From NCBI GenBank assembly GCA_002347965.1, contig DDYN01000031.1:20177-84176 (forward strand): a DNA stretch of 64,000 nucleotides, read 5' to 3'. Below the pieces are notes generated by a model. That model saw only the letters and a program-made list of their open reading frames with translations. It ran no database searches and was not told the origin of the DNA. How positions within the stretch are numbered: position 1 is the stretch's first letter; each line of letters begins with the position of its first letter. This stretch comes from Nitrospirae bacterium UBA2233 (GTDB lineage: Bacteria > UBA2233). Below, one piece after another: positions 11,152-21,704 of this stretch. A program made the position numbers and the translations under genes.

Positions 11152-12710
11152 TCTGGAACCTCCAGGGCTGTCATCTGGGTGAGCCGTTCTTTCTTGAGCT
11201 TGATGAGCACGCAAATCACGCTGAACATGACGAGCACGAACGCCCTGGCCGCCCAGCGCGTGCCTATATGTTCCTTGGGAATCCCCTCGAAAAACAAAAA
11301 CGCCGGCGCTTCCTTTACGCACCACGCTAGGAGCAATACAAGAAGTGCGACTGGTGTAACCCATGTGAGCAGAGGCTTGAAGAAGGAAGGGACTGCGATG
11401 TCGTTGTCTCGCGTAATCTCTTTCCAGGCCCTGTTTGCCCCGAACACCCACACGAACAAGACAACCTCGATGAGCCCAAAAAAAACGATCCCCATAGTCC
11501 CAGCGATAAAGTCCAGCTCATCCAAATACCCTTTACCCAAAAAGAAGTAAACGGGCTGGACGCACGCGAACATCACGACCCCTACGATCGAGGACGCCCT
11601 GGTCGAGTCCATGTCGAAGGCGCTGGCCAAAAAATGCACGCTCGGCTGGATCAAAGCGATCGAGCTCGTGATGCCGGCAAAGAATAAAAGTAGAAACCAA
11701 AAGAAGGCAAAGAGCCTGCCGGCCGGGATTTGCGTGAAGATCACGGGCATCGAGACAAACCCCAAATCGAAGCTGCCGCCCTTGGCGATCTCAACCGTCA
11801 TCTGAGGCCCGAAAAACAGGTAGGCCGCGATGATACCGATCGAAGCACCCAAGATTACCTCGCACGCCTCGTTTAGAGACACGGCGGTTAGGCCGCTTAG
11901 CGCAATGTCGTCGTTTTTGTGCAAATAAGTAGCGTACGTAAGGATCTGACCCCAGCCCAACGACAGCGTGAAGAAAACCTGCCCCGCCGCGGCGAGCCAA
12001 ACCCCCGGGTTGGTGAGCGCCTTGAAGTCCGGGTTCCACAAGAACCCGAGTGCGGCGTTAAGGTTCCAATCGGGCCGAAAAGGAGAGCCAAGGCTGAACA
12101 CCCGAACGACCAAAACCAGCCCCATAAAGAATAAAAGCGGCATCGCTAGCTTTGAAAACCACTCTATTCCTTTTGAAATGCCGCGTGAGAGGATCCAGAG
12201 GTTGATAACGAGCGTTACGAGCAAAAAAAAGTAAGCCCAACCCCCGCCCTGAAAGAATTCGTTTCTTTCGAGGCCCTGGAAGCCCTTCAAGAAGCTCGCC
12301 ATCTGAGTGTGCTCGGTAATCCGCTCAAAGCGGCCTGTAAGCGCAAAGAAGCTGTATGCCAGGCTCCAGGATTCGATGTAGACGTAGTATACGCTGACAA
12401 CGAACGTTAAAAGAATGCCGATTCCGCCTAAGTACTTAGCGACGCGCCTTGGCCACAGAAGGTGAAACACGCTGGGCAGCGAGCCACGGGTAAAGGCCCC
12501 TCCGTACCGCCCCATCGCCCATTCCATCCACATTAAAGGGATGCCGAGGATCACGAGCGACACGAGGTAGGGGATAATGAATGCCCCGCCGCCGTTCTGA
12601 CTGGCCTGCACGGGAAAACGAAGGAAGTTGCCAAGGCCCACGGCAGACCCAGCCATGGCGAGGATCATCCCCCACCTGGACGCCCAGCCGTCGTGCTTTG
12701 TCCCTTCCAT
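11148..12710 (-). CDS. Sodium-dependent transporter, neurotransmitter:sodium symporter (NSS/SNF) family
   Basis: 520 aa; N-terminal GMILAMAGSAVGLGNFLRFP... NSS signature; about 12 TM. Confidence 0.85.
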   Translation of the reverse strand: MEGTKHDGWASRWGMILAMAGSAVGLGNFLRFPVQASQNGGGAFIIPYLVSLVILGIPLMWMEWAMGRYGGAFTRGSLPSVFHLLWPRRVAKYLGGIGILLTFVVSVYYVYIESWSLAYSFFALTGRFERITEHTQMASFLKGFQGLERNEFFQGGGWAYFFLLVTLVINLWILSRGISKGIEWFSKLAMPLLFFMGLVLVVRVFSLGSPFRPDWNLNAALGFLWNPDFKALTNPGVWLAAAGQVFFTLSLGWGQILTYATYLHKNDDIALSGLTAVSLNEACEVILGASIGIIAAYLFFGPQMTVEIAKGGSFDLGFVSMPVIFTQIPAGRLFAFFWFLLLFFAGITSSIALIQPSVHFLASAFDMDSTRASSIVGVVMFACVQPVYFFLGKGYLDELDFIAGTMGIVFFGLIEVVLFVWVFGANRAWKEITRDNDIAVPSFFKPLLTWVTPVALLVLLLAWCVKEAPAFLFFEGIPKEHIGTRWAARAFVLVMFSVICVLIKLKKERLTQMTALEVPE

Positions 12711-12954
12711 TGGTATTGTCCCGCAAAGGTTTTAAGTGACAAAACATCCCCCGCCGGTCTATTATGCCAACGGAGCGGCCTCATTTCAAGGAGGATGAGA
12801 ATTGCAACGCAATAAACAAAACTTGTTCCTTAATGTCCCTTAAAAAAGGAGGGCGCCCAGACGTTCGATGGCTCGAGGATTACGATAGGAGCGTGCAATG
12901 CGCGATGGGACGGGTGCTTTTCGCTCGAAACCCCCTTGGGAAAGCGCTTCTATC

Positions 12955-13878
12955 TTACCTTATGCCCGCGTAAACGCCCTTAGGAGAATTGATTCTCGAT
13001 AAGACGAAGCGCATGAGGGCTTCTTTATCTTCAAAGGTATGGCGCTCGCATGGGAACACGACAAACTCCTTGGGGTCGCTTGCGGCACGGAAGAGGTCGA
13101 GAGCCCTTGGCAGCGTGACGGTTGCATCGAGCGCACCGTGGAGCAACAAGACAGGGGTTGGCGAGAGCAGGCCGATGGAGTCCTTCATCCGTACTCTGTT
13201 GCCGTCGATGACGAGCTCTTCGAAGGACGTCTGATCGAATAAGATCCCTCCTACCGGCTTAGGGGAACGAAAGAACAGCTCAAGAACGGGGAAGCCCCCG
13301 TTTTCCACCCTAAGGTTCAGCATATCGAGCAACGGCTGCATGCGATACAAGTCGCCTAGCTTTGAGGGCGAGGCAACCGACACGACGAGCTCAACAAGGT
13401 CCTTGGCGCGGGTCGTTCCGAGCATGCAGCCCAGCGAAGCCCCCAGCGAATGGCCATACACAACAAGACGCTTCTTGGGGTATGCCTCCTTCAGCCAAAC
13501 GATCAGCGTTTCCAGGTCGGAAAGGCTGCCTAGAAACGAGAACGGAACCTTGGAATCCCCGTGTCCACGTTGATCGAACCCTACCCAGCCGATTCCATCG
13601 GCCTCCAACATGGACTTTTCTTTAAGGAAGCCCCCCTTCGTGCCGCCCATCCCGTGAAGGAACACGACCAACACGTCGGCGCCTTCTACGAGGTTCGCCA
13701 AGCAAGGAATTTCCACTCTGTCGGCTGGGTTTGTTAAGGCGAACGCCTTGGGTTCGCTCCATTGAAACTCCTGCGCGCAGAGAGCAAGCCCGGCCTCAAA
13801 TACCCAGCCCCCCGCTACGGCAAACCCGCAAAGTGTCCCAACGAAGGCCACCAGCAGGCGTAAGCCTACGCTATGCAC
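12955..13878 (-). CDS. Alpha/beta-hydrolase fold protein with N-terminal membrane anchor/signal
   Basis: HGMGG oxyanion motif, GHSLGAS nucleophile elbow (GxSxG), and a C-terminal His region. Confidence 0.7.
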   Translation of the reverse strand: MHSVGLRLLVAFVGTLCGFAVAGGWVFEAGLALCAQEFQWSEPKAFALTNPADRVEIPCLANLVEGADVLVVFLHGMGGTKGGFLKEKSMLEADGIGWVGFDQRGHGDSKVPFSFLGSLSDLETLIVWLKEAYPKKRLVVYGHSLGASLGCMLGTTRAKDLVELVVSVASPSKLGDLYRMQPLLDMLNLRVENGGFPVLELFFRSPKPVGGILFDQTSFEELVIDGNRVRMKDSIGLLSPTPVLLLHGALDATVTLPRALDLFRAASDPKEFVVFPCERHTFEDKEALMRFVLSRINSPKGVYAGIR

Positions 13879-13880
13879 GA

Positions 13881-14270
13881 CTAAGATAGCGCGCTAAGCC
13901 TTGGAGTAGGGCTTTTTTCTGCCACGATCCTGTTTTTTTCGTCTACATACACAAGCCTCGGGCGATGATGCGCAACCTCTTCGTTCGTAAGCGTGTCAAA
14001 CGCGGCGATAATGACAATATCGCCCTTCTTGGCCAGGTGTGCAGCCGCCCCGTTGATGACGACCTCGCCCGTATCCCTTCCCCCAAGAATCGCGTAGGTC
14101 TCAAAGCGCGTTCCGCTGGTTACGTTCCAGACATGCACCTGCTCGAACGGTAGAATCCCAGAGGCCTCCAGGACCCTTGCGTCTATCGTGATCGAGCCCT
14201 CGTAGTCCAGGTTGGCATCGGTCACTCTCGCCCGGTGAATCTTCGCTTTCAGCATCGTCTTCATACTCAC
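13881..14270 (-). CDS. panD: Aspartate 1-decarboxylase
   Basis: 129 aa; MLKAKIHRARVTDANLDYEGSITID...; the pyruvoyl-forming G-S site is in the expected position. Confidence 0.9.
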   Translation of the reverse strand: MSMKTMLKAKIHRARVTDANLDYEGSITIDARVLEASGILPFEQVHVWNVTSGTRFETYAILGGRDTGEVVINGAAAHLAKKGDIVIIAAFDTLTNEEVAHHRPRLVYVDEKNRIVAEKSPTPRLSALS

Positions 14271-14278
14271 TCCTTTCT

Positions 14279-15118
14279 TTAAAGACGAACGTTATCGATC
14301 AGCCTAGCCCTTCCCACTCTCGCGGCAACCATCATTCTGCATCCCGGGTAAGCTTGGTTTGGGGTTTCGAGTGTTTCCGGTTCGATCAGGGTCACGTAGT
14401 CCAACGTCTCGATACCGGATTCCAAAAGAGCCTTCCTCACGATCGCAACGAGCACATCCGGGTCTTTTGTCCCGCGCTCAAAGCACACTCTGCCCGCTTG
14501 TAGCCCAAGAAATATCCCCGCCGCTAGCTGGCGCTCTCGAGGAATGAGGTAAGCATTCCTGGAAGAAAGCGCAAGGCCGTCTTTCTCTCGCACCGTTTCT
14601 ATAGCCTCGAGGGCCACTTGAAGGTTCAAATCTTTGACCATTCTTTGAAGGATGACGAACTGCTGGAAGTCTTTCTCGCCAAAAAGCGCGAGGTCAGGCG
14701 ATACGATCTCGAACAGCTTCAGGACAACCGTGGCCACCCCGTCAAAATGCCCTGGCCGAAACGCCCCGCAGAGCTTTTCAGAGAGCCCTTCCACCCGAAC
14801 TTTCGTAGTAAAGCCCTTGGGGTACATCTCTTGAGCTTCTGGTGCAAACACAAGGTCTACCCCTTCTGCCCGGCATAGCTCCAAGTCTTTCTCGAGCGTG
14901 CTGGGGTAGCGTGCGTAGTCCTCGCTCGGACCGAATTGGGCTGGGTTCACAAAAATGCTCACGACCGCCACGTCGCTTTTTTGCCTGCACGCTCGAATGA
15001 GAGCCCTGTGGCCTTCATGGAGCGCGCCCATCGTGGGGACGAGGCCGACACGCCGATCGGCCCGGCTCTTTGAAGCCAGCCATTCCCTTGTGGACCGGAT
15101 AGTCGCCTTCTTTTCCAC
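14279..15118 (-). CDS. panC: Pantoate--beta-alanine ligase
   Basis: 279 aa; VPTMGALHEGHRALIR HIGH-like motif. Confidence 0.9.
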   Translation of the reverse strand: MEKKATIRSTREWLASKSRADRRVGLVPTMGALHEGHRALIRACRQKSDVAVVSIFVNPAQFGPSEDYARYPSTLEKDLELCRAEGVDLVFAPEAQEMYPKGFTTKVRVEGLSEKLCGAFRPGHFDGVATVVLKLFEIVSPDLALFGEKDFQQFVILQRMVKDLNLQVALEAIETVREKDGLALSSRNAYLIPRERQLAAGIFLGLQAGRVCFERGTKDPDVLVAIVRKALLESGIETLDYVTLIEPETLETPNQAYPGCRMMVAARVGRARLIDNVRL

Positions 15119-15123
15119 GACCC

Positions 15124-15921
15124 CTACCCGTACGTTTCGTCGGGCCCGGGAAAGGATCCTTCCCGAACGGCTGAGGCGAACGCAGTAAGCGCGTTCCGCG
15201 CCTCTTGAGAGGTTTTTCCGAACGCGCGGGCAAGCTTAGGAGGAGAGGGGCTGATTCCGACTACGTCGTGGAACACCAAGATTTGCCCGTCTGTGTAGGG
15301 CCCGGCCCCGATCCCGATCGTAGGGATGGAAAGCCGCGTCGTAAGGCTCCTGGCAACCTCGGAGCGAGTGCCCTCAATCACGACAGAAAAGGCCCCGGCC
15401 GCCTCGAGGCTGAGGGCGTCCTCGAGCAGCCTGCTTGCCGATTCTTCGGTTTTGCCCTGGATGCGGTACCCCGCCATGGCCCGAACATGCTGGGGCATGA
15501 GGCCGATATGGCCCATTACCGGGATACCTGCTTCGACCATGGCTCGGACCGTGGGGGCGACCTCTTTCCCGCCTTCGAGCTTGACGGCAACGGCGCGGGT
15601 TTCCTTGAGCACCCTTCCTGCGGCCTTAAGCGCGGCTGGAACGCTAGTTTGATAGCTCATGAACGGCAGGTCTACGATGACGGGGAGAGCCTTGGCTCCC
15701 CTCGAAACAGCCTTAGCGTGGTGAAGCACCTCGCCTAGCGTCACGGGCAGGGTCGTTTCGTAGCCGAGCTCGACCATACCCAACGAATCACCGACCAAAA
15801 TCGCGTCCACCCCTGCCTCCTCGGCAAGATGGGCCTGCCAGGAGGTATAGGCCGTGACCATCGCCAGGGTTCGTCCTGGTTTGGAGCGGAACAAAAGCGT
15901 CCCTTCAAACACGCGCGGCAT
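15124..15921 (-). CDS. panB: 3-methyl-2-oxobutanoate hydroxymethyltransferase
   Basis: 265 aa; TAYTSWQAHLAEEAGVDAILVGDSLGMV signature. Confidence 0.9.
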   Translation of the reverse strand: MPRVFEGTLLFRSKPGRTLAMVTAYTSWQAHLAEEAGVDAILVGDSLGMVELGYETTLPVTLGEVLHHAKAVSRGAKALPVIVDLPFMSYQTSVPAALKAAGRVLKETRAVAVKLEGGKEVAPTVRAMVEAGIPVMGHIGLMPQHVRAMAGYRIQGKTEESASRLLEDALSLEAAGAFSVVIEGTRSEVARSLTTRLSIPTIGIGAGPYTDGQILVFHDVVGISPSPPKLARAFGKTSQEARNALTAFASAVREGSFPGPDETYG

Positions 15922-16188
15922 CGCGACGCCTTCCCTTAAGTTCCTTAAGAAAATTTGACCACAATAACGCTGGAATCAGCAGGACCGGAGCAAACCAAAG
16001 ACGGGCGGAACGCCAGGCTCCCTTACCCGCATAGAAGGGCTGACACGCTTACATTCTCTCGGTCCCGGTCCTTGCAAGATCCAGGCCTCATTTTTATTCA
16101 AGCATTAAGAGAAAAAAAGAGCAAGATATAAAAGCCTTGCACGGCCAGGCTAATCTATGTTTGGATGAAAATCAGGAGGTTAGGAGCG

Positions 16189-17339
16189 TGAAACTTGGAG
16201 TTCTCAAGGAAACCTGCGAGGGCGAAAGGCGCGTTTCCCTCGTGCCCGAGCTAATCTCTGCCTACGCGAAGCTCGGGATCGAAGTCTTTTTCGAGCCCGG
16301 CGCGGGGGAAGACGCAAACTTCGGCGACGAGGCCTACCTTGGAAAAGGAGCAAAGTCCACACCCAAGAATCGACTTCTTCACGATTCCGACATCTTACTT
16401 TGTGTGCGCGCCCTTGGCGCCAACCCGAAGAGTTACCGGGACGACCTGGAAAAAATGCACCCCGGGCAGCTCTTGGTGGGCTTTTTGGACCCACTAGATG
16501 CTCCCTCGGCCATCCAAGAGGCGGCCAAAAAAGGCGTCACGGCATTTGCCATCGAACTTTTGCCCAGGATAACGCGTGCCCAGAGTATGGACGCGCTTTC
16601 TTCGATGGCCACTATCACGGGCTATAAGGCGGCCGTCATCGCTGCCGAGGCCCTGCCCAAGATCTTTCCTATGCTCATGACGGCCGCCGGCACGCTCTTG
16701 CCGGCCAGAGTGTTCGTGATCGGTGCCGGGGTGGCCGGGCTCATGGCCATCGCAACGGCCAAACGACTAGGCGCCAAGGTTCGGGCCTACGACGTCCGGC
16801 CGTCCGTCAAGGAGCAGATCCAAAGTTTGGGAGCCAGCTTTGTCGAGCTAGGCCTCGAGCAAAAAAAGGCCGAGGACGAATCTGGGTACGCCAGGGCGAT
16901 GGACGAGTCTTTCTACCAAAAACAGCGGGAACTTTTAGGCGAGGTTCTTTCGGAATCAGACGTGGTTATCTCTACCGCGCTTGTTCCCGGCAAACTCGCG
17001 CCCGTCTTGATTACGGAGGCAATGGTCCAGGCCATGCCAAAAGGTTCTGTCATCGTGGACGTCGCCGCAGAACGGGGTGGAAACTGCGAGTTGACCAAAC
17101 CCGGCAGCGTGGCCGTAAAGCACGGCGTGACGATTTTAGGGCCTACAAACCTTCCTTCCAGTGTGCCGCAGCATGCAAGTATGATGTTTGCCAGGAATAT
17201 GTTCAACTTCCTCAAGCCGATATTCACGGAAGGCAGGCTCGAGATCGACCTTGAGGACCAGGTCTTGCGAGAAGCACTCGTCGCCAAGGACGGCAATGTC
17301 GTTCACCCAAGGGTTATTGACCTGCTTCGAGGGGGATAG
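16189..17339 (+). CDS. pntAA: NAD(P) transhydrogenase subunit alpha part 1 (start taken at GTG with an aggagg RBS; ORF track starts at 16137)
   Basis: Alanine dehydrogenase/PNT N- and C-domains with an NAD Rossmann motif VFVIGAGVAGL. RBS caggagg lies 8 nt upstream of GTG 16189. Confidence 0.85.
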
Positions 17340-17344
17340 AAGGC

Positions 17345-17632
17345 ATGGATGTATTCATCGGGCTGCTGACCATATTTGTCCTCGCCATGTTCGTTGGGTT
17401 CGAGGTGATCACCAAGATCCCTCCCATCTTGCACACGCCTTTGATGTCCGGCTCGAACGCAATCTCCGGCATTACGATCATCGGGGCCATCCTTTCTGCG
17501 GGCACAAAGCTTACCATGCTGACCACGGTCCTTAGCTTCCTTGCCGTCGTGCTCGCCATGGCAAACGTCGTGGGCGGCTTTTTGATCACCCACAGGATGC
17601 TTCGCATGTTCCGGACGAAGGGGCGCGCATGA
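17345..17632 (+). CDS. pntAB: NAD(P) transhydrogenase subunit alpha part 2 (membrane)
   Basis: 95 aa, 3-4 TM helices, typical of the split PntA. Overlaps the pntB start by 4 nt. Confidence 0.85.
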   Translation: MDVFIGLLTIFVLAMFVGFEVITKIPPILHTPLMSGSNAISGITIIGAILSAGTKLTMLTTVLSFLAVVLAMANVVGGFLITHRMLRMFRTKGRA

Positions 17633-19026
17633 ACCCCGCCGTAGTCCAGCTTGCCTACCTCTTCTCTTGCATCCTGTTCATCGCAGGGTTCATGCAGCTT
17701 TCACGCCCCAAGACCGCCAAGCGGGGGAATCTTTTGGGGGCATCCGGAATGCTCTTGGCCATCGTGGTCACGCTGCTCGATAAACAGATCGTGAGCTTCG
17801 AGATTATCCTTGTAGGGCTTTTGGTGGGTACGGCGCTCGGCATATTTACGGCGCTTACCACCCCCATGACGGCCATGCCACAGATGGTCGGGCTGTTAAA
17901 CGGGTTCGGCGGCGCGGCCTCCGCCCTTGTTGCGGGCGCCGCGCTGTTCGAAATACTGAGCCTTGGCAACCCTTTGACGCTGCAGTTTCGCATCGCCACG
18001 GCAGCCTCCAGCCTCATCGGTACCCTCACACTCTTTGGCAGCCTCGTCGCGGCGGGAAAGCTCCAGGGCTTAATCAAAGAGAGCCCGATCCGATACAAAG
18101 GAGAGCAATGTATCAAGCTGCTTGTTTTGTTCGTGTGTCTTTTCTTGGGTTCCATGCTTACCACACGGCCTGATACGCTCTGGGCCTACTGGGCGCTACT
18201 TGGCGTCTCCGCGCTGCTAGGGGTTCTCCTCACCGCCCCTATAGGCGGTGCGGACATGCCCGTCGTCATCTGCTTGATGAACTCCTACTCTGGGCTTGCC
18301 GGAGCGGCCACAGGGTTCGTCTTGAGCAACACGGCGCTCATCATCGCGGGCTCGCTGGTCGGTGCCTCGGGCATCATCCTCACCCAAATCATGTGCAAGG
18401 CGATGAACCGCTCACTCGCAAACGTCCTACTTGGAGGATTTGGCGAGCTCAAAGAGGATACGGCACTAGCGGGCACCATCTACGCAGGCAGAGTTAAGTC
18501 GACAGACCCAGAAGAGGTGGCCATGCTGCTCGAGGCGGCCTCGAGAGTCGTTCTGGCCCCTGGATACGGGCTTGCCGTCGCTCAGGCGCAGTACGCCGTC
18601 CGCGATTTGTACAACTACCTGACATCGCTCGGGGTCGAGGTTGATTTTGCCATTCACCCCGTTGCGGGAAGGATGCCGGGCCACATGAGCGTCCTTCTGG
18701 CCGAGGTGGACATCCCCTACGAAAAGCTCAAGGAAATAGACGAGATCAACCCAGAGTTCGAGCAGGTTGACGTCGCGATTGTCGTCGGAGCCAACGATGT
18801 CGTTAACCCACTGGCCAACACCGACCCAAACAGCCCGATCGCTGGCATGCCGATCCTTGAAGTCTACAAGGCAAAGACCGTCGTGGTAATCAAACGCAGC
18901 CTCTCGCCAGGGTTTGCCGGTGTTCCAAACCCTTTGTTTGCCTACGACAACACGCTCATGCTGTTTGCCGACGCCAAGCAGGCCCTTCAAGCCGTTCTTG
19001 CCTCCCTTAAGGAACTTAAAGCCTAA
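17629..19026 (+). CDS. pntB: NAD(P) transhydrogenase subunit beta
   Basis: 465 aa; N-terminal TM domain plus a C-terminal NADP(H)-binding dIII domain (VLAPGYGLAVAQAQ...). Confidence 0.9.
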   Translation: MNPAVVQLAYLFSCILFIAGFMQLSRPKTAKRGNLLGASGMLLAIVVTLLDKQIVSFEIILVGLLVGTALGIFTALTTPMTAMPQMVGLLNGFGGAASALVAGAALFEILSLGNPLTLQFRIATAASSLIGTLTLFGSLVAAGKLQGLIKESPIRYKGEQCIKLLVLFVCLFLGSMLTTRPDTLWAYWALLGVSALLGVLLTAPIGGADMPVVICLMNSYSGLAGAATGFVLSNTALIIAGSLVGASGIILTQIMCKAMNRSLANVLLGGFGELKEDTALAGTIYAGRVKSTDPEEVAMLLEAASRVVLAPGYGLAVAQAQYAVRDLYNYLTSLGVEVDFAIHPVAGRMPGHMSVLLAEVDIPYEKLKEIDEINPEFEQVDVAIVVGANDVVNPLANTDPNSPIAGMPILEVYKAKTVVVIKRSLSPGFAGVPNPLFAYDNTLMLFADAKQALQAVLASLKELKA

Positions 19027-19039
19027 AAGCAAGCCAACT

Positions 19040-20338
19040 ATGCAAACAAGCGTCCCGCTCGCCGAGCGTATCCGGCCGATGAACCTTGGAGCGTTCGTCG
19101 GCCAGAGACATCTGTTGTTCCGAGGGCACCCCTTAAGGGAGGCGCTCGAACAGCAAAAGCCCTTTTCTATGCTCCTTGTCGGCCCTCCTGGGTCGGGCAA
19201 AACGAGCCTTTTTGCACTCATGGCCGGCCGCTTCCCCGGGGCTATTCTGACCAAAGGCCAAGACATTACGGCCGTATGGGTTCGAAGCCTCAAAGACAAG
19301 GGCTCCCCGGTTGTCCTGCTCGTCGACGAGGCGCACAGGCTTAGCCGGATCGAGCAGGACAGGCTTCTGCCTATGATCGAGAAAGGAGAAGCCGTGTTTA
19401 TCGGGGCAACGACCGAAAACCCCAACTTCTACCTAGGCAGGGCGATTCTTTCGAGGCTTAGCGTCTTCCGGTTCGAGGCGCTAAACCCAGAAGAGATCGT
19501 CGCCATACTCAAGCGGGGGGTCCTATTCCTCCAAGGCGGCGAACAGCCGGCCGCACCCGCCTTCCTGGAGGCATGGCTCGATAAGATCGCTCGGGCGGCA
19601 AACGGAGATGCAAGGGTTGCGCTGGGAATGCTCGAGAGGGTGTACGCCCAGCTTCTTGCCAAGGGGTCGCTTCCAGAACCAGACCATGGGCGCCTTATGG
19701 AAATTGCGGGCCAAGCCCCGCTGCCCTACGACAGGACGGGCGATGAGCACTACGACGAAATTAGCGCCTTCATCAAGAGCATGCGCGGCTCCGACCCGGA
19801 TGCCGCGCTCTACTGGCTCGTTAGGATGATCGAAGGCGGAGAAGACCCGCTGTTCCTCGTAAGGCGTATGCTTATCCTGGCGGCCGAGGACATCGGCAAC
19901 GCCGACCCGAACGCGTTGGTTCTAGCCTCGGCTTTAAAGCAAACAATCGAACTCGTCGGCCTTCCCGAAGGGCTTATCCCGATGGTGCAGGTATGCATCT
20001 ACCTATCGCTCGCCCCCAAATCCAACGCGGCCTACGCCGCGCTCAACCAGGCCAAACGCGCGCTTAAAACGCTCGGCGCGAGGCCCGTCCCGGATTTTCT
20101 CAGGAACCCCGTGAGCGCGCTCGACAGAAAGCTCGGTAAGGGCGTGGGCTATATTTACCCGCACGACGACCCCGAGAGGATCGGAAACGCAAGCTTCCTC
20201 CCTAAGGGAATGGAGAGCCTCTCTTTCTATCAACCGGGCGATTTGGGCTTCGAGAAGGTCCTTAAGGACAGGCTCGAAGCCCTCAAGGCGAAAAAACGAC
20301 CCACGAGGTCGGCTAAACAGAAGCCAGAAAGCTCGTAG
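19040..20338 (+). CDS. rarA: Replication-associated recombination protein A (AAA+ ATPase RarA/MgsA). The ORF-track start at 18914 would overlap pntB.
   Basis: N-terminal LAERIRP...L.DFVGQ.HLL, Walker A GPPGSGKTS, Walker B LLVDEAHR, and a C-terminal MgsA domain (ALYWLVRM...). Confidence 0.85.
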   Translation: MQTSVPLAERIRPMNLGAFVGQRHLLFRGHPLREALEQQKPFSMLLVGPPGSGKTSLFALMAGRFPGAILTKGQDITAVWVRSLKDKGSPVVLLVDEAHRLSRIEQDRLLPMIEKGEAVFIGATTENPNFYLGRAILSRLSVFRFEALNPEEIVAILKRGVLFLQGGEQPAAPAFLEAWLDKIARAANGDARVALGMLERVYAQLLAKGSLPEPDHGRLMEIAGQAPLPYDRTGDEHYDEISAFIKSMRGSDPDAALYWLVRMIEGGEDPLFLVRRMLILAAEDIGNADPNALVLASALKQTIELVGLPEGLIPMVQVCIYLSLAPKSNAAYAALNQAKRALKTLGARPVPDFLRNPVSALDRKLGKGVGYIYPHDDPERIGNASFLPKGMESLSFYQPGDLGFEKVLKDRLEALKAKKRPTRSAKQKPESS

Positions 20339-20359
20339 CCAGGCCCATTACGGCGGCCG

Positions 20360-21679
20360 TCAGGAGCGTGACGGCGGGAACAGTTCGCGCCGAACGATCG
20401 TTTGGTGCCGCTGCGGCCCAGTCGAAAGGATTGCCACGGGTACGCCCGTTGCCTCTTCGATGCGGCCGATATAGCCCTTGAGTGCTTTGGGCAGCCCTTC
20501 GAACGTCTGGATCCCCTCCAGCGAAGACCCCCAACCGGGGAGCTCCTCGATTACGGGCTCGGAGGCCTGCAAAAACTTAACATCTGGGTTGAACGTCTTG
20601 GTCAGCGCCCCTTCGTAGCGGTATGCCGTAACAAGGCCGATCGTTTCGAACTCGTTCAACACATCTAGTTTCATGATGGCCAAGCCCGTCAAGGAATTGA
20701 CCTCGCAGGCATACTTGAGCGCTACAAGATCGAGGTATCCGCAACGCCTCGGCCTTCCCGTCGTAGCCCCGTACTCTCCACCGCGCTCACGGAGCCTGTC
20801 CCCTTCCTCCCCAAAAAGCTCGCTAGGAAACGGCCCTTCGCCCACGCGCGTCGTATAGGCCTTGGAAACGCCCAGAACGTCCGTAATCTTGGTCGGGCCT
20901 ATACCGCTACCCGCGCAGGCGTGTCCGGCAAGCGTATGCGACGCGGTAACGTAGGGGTAGGTTCCGAGCTCCACATCGAGGAGCGTTCCCTGAGCCCCCT
21001 CGAACAGGACATGCCTTCCCTCTTCAACAGCCTTGAAAAGCACGTGCGGAACGTGCGTTTCGATAAACGGGGCGAGCCTCTCACGCTGCTCAAGCAGGCC
21101 TTCTAAAATTTCTTGCGCATCCAGCTCGCGGGGTTCGTGGGCACCCTTGCCGAAATGTTCGAACAAAATCCGCTTCTCTTCGATCAAGTCGAGCAGCTTT
21201 TCTTTGAGTTGAGCAGGATACTGAAGGTCCTCCACGAGCACGGCCTTCCTTGCAGCCCTGTCCTCGTAGGCAGGCCCTATACCCCGCCCTGTCGTACCGA
21301 TCTTCTTGGCGCCTTTATGCTGCTCGCGGATCACGTCCAGGCGCTTGTGAAACGGAAGGATCAGCGCGGCCCTGGATGAAACCCTTAAATCTTGCGGCCC
21401 GACGGCGATGCCGAGCTTTGAGAGCGTGTCAATCTCCTCGAACAGCACCCCCAAGTCCACCACAACGCCGCTCGCGATCACAGACACCTTCCCCGGGTGG
21501 AGGATGCCGGACGGGAGCAGGTGGCAAACCACCCGCTTGCCTTCCACGACGATCGTATGGCCAGCGTTGTTCCCGCCTTGGAACCGAACGATACAATCGG
21601 CCCTAGAAGCGAGCATGTCGACGATCTTGCCCTTACCTTCGTCTCCCCATTGAGCGCCTACCACAACCAGGTTGGCCAT
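20360..21679 (-). CDS. purA: Adenylosuccinate synthetase (start at internal MANLVVVGAQWGDEGKGK; the ORF track begins at an upstream TTG, 21811)
   Basis: GAQWGDEGKGK P-loop and GNNAGHT motifs. Convergent with rarA with only a 21-nt gap. Confidence 0.9.
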   Translation of the reverse strand: MANLVVVGAQWGDEGKGKIVDMLASRADCIVRFQGGNNAGHTIVVEGKRVVCHLLPSGILHPGKVSVIASGVVVDLGVLFEEIDTLSKLGIAVGPQDLRVSSRAALILPFHKRLDVIREQHKGAKKIGTTGRGIGPAYEDRAARKAVLVEDLQYPAQLKEKLLDLIEEKRILFEHFGKGAHEPRELDAQEILEGLLEQRERLAPFIETHVPHVLFKAVEEGRHVLFEGAQGTLLDVELGTYPYVTASHTLAGHACAGSGIGPTKITDVLGVSKAYTTRVGEGPFPSELFGEEGDRLRERGGEYGATTGRPRRCGYLDLVALKYACEVNSLTGLAIMKLDVLNEFETIGLVTAYRYEGALTKTFNPDVKFLQASEPVIEELPGWGSSLEGIQTFEGLPKALKGYIGRIEEATGVPVAILSTGPQRHQTIVRRELFPPSRS

Positions 21680-21704
21680 CACATTCTCCTCAAAAGTTGG
21701 CAGG

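Noticed and set aside
12711-12954. Possible small gene or ncRNA in the 244-nt gap between the alpha/beta hydrolase and the NSS transporter (two aggagg-like RBS motifs)
   Set aside because: Both RBS-ATG pairs open only 6-codon frames, and no tRNA-like cloverleaf or conserved structure is visible; most likely the NSS promoter/leader.
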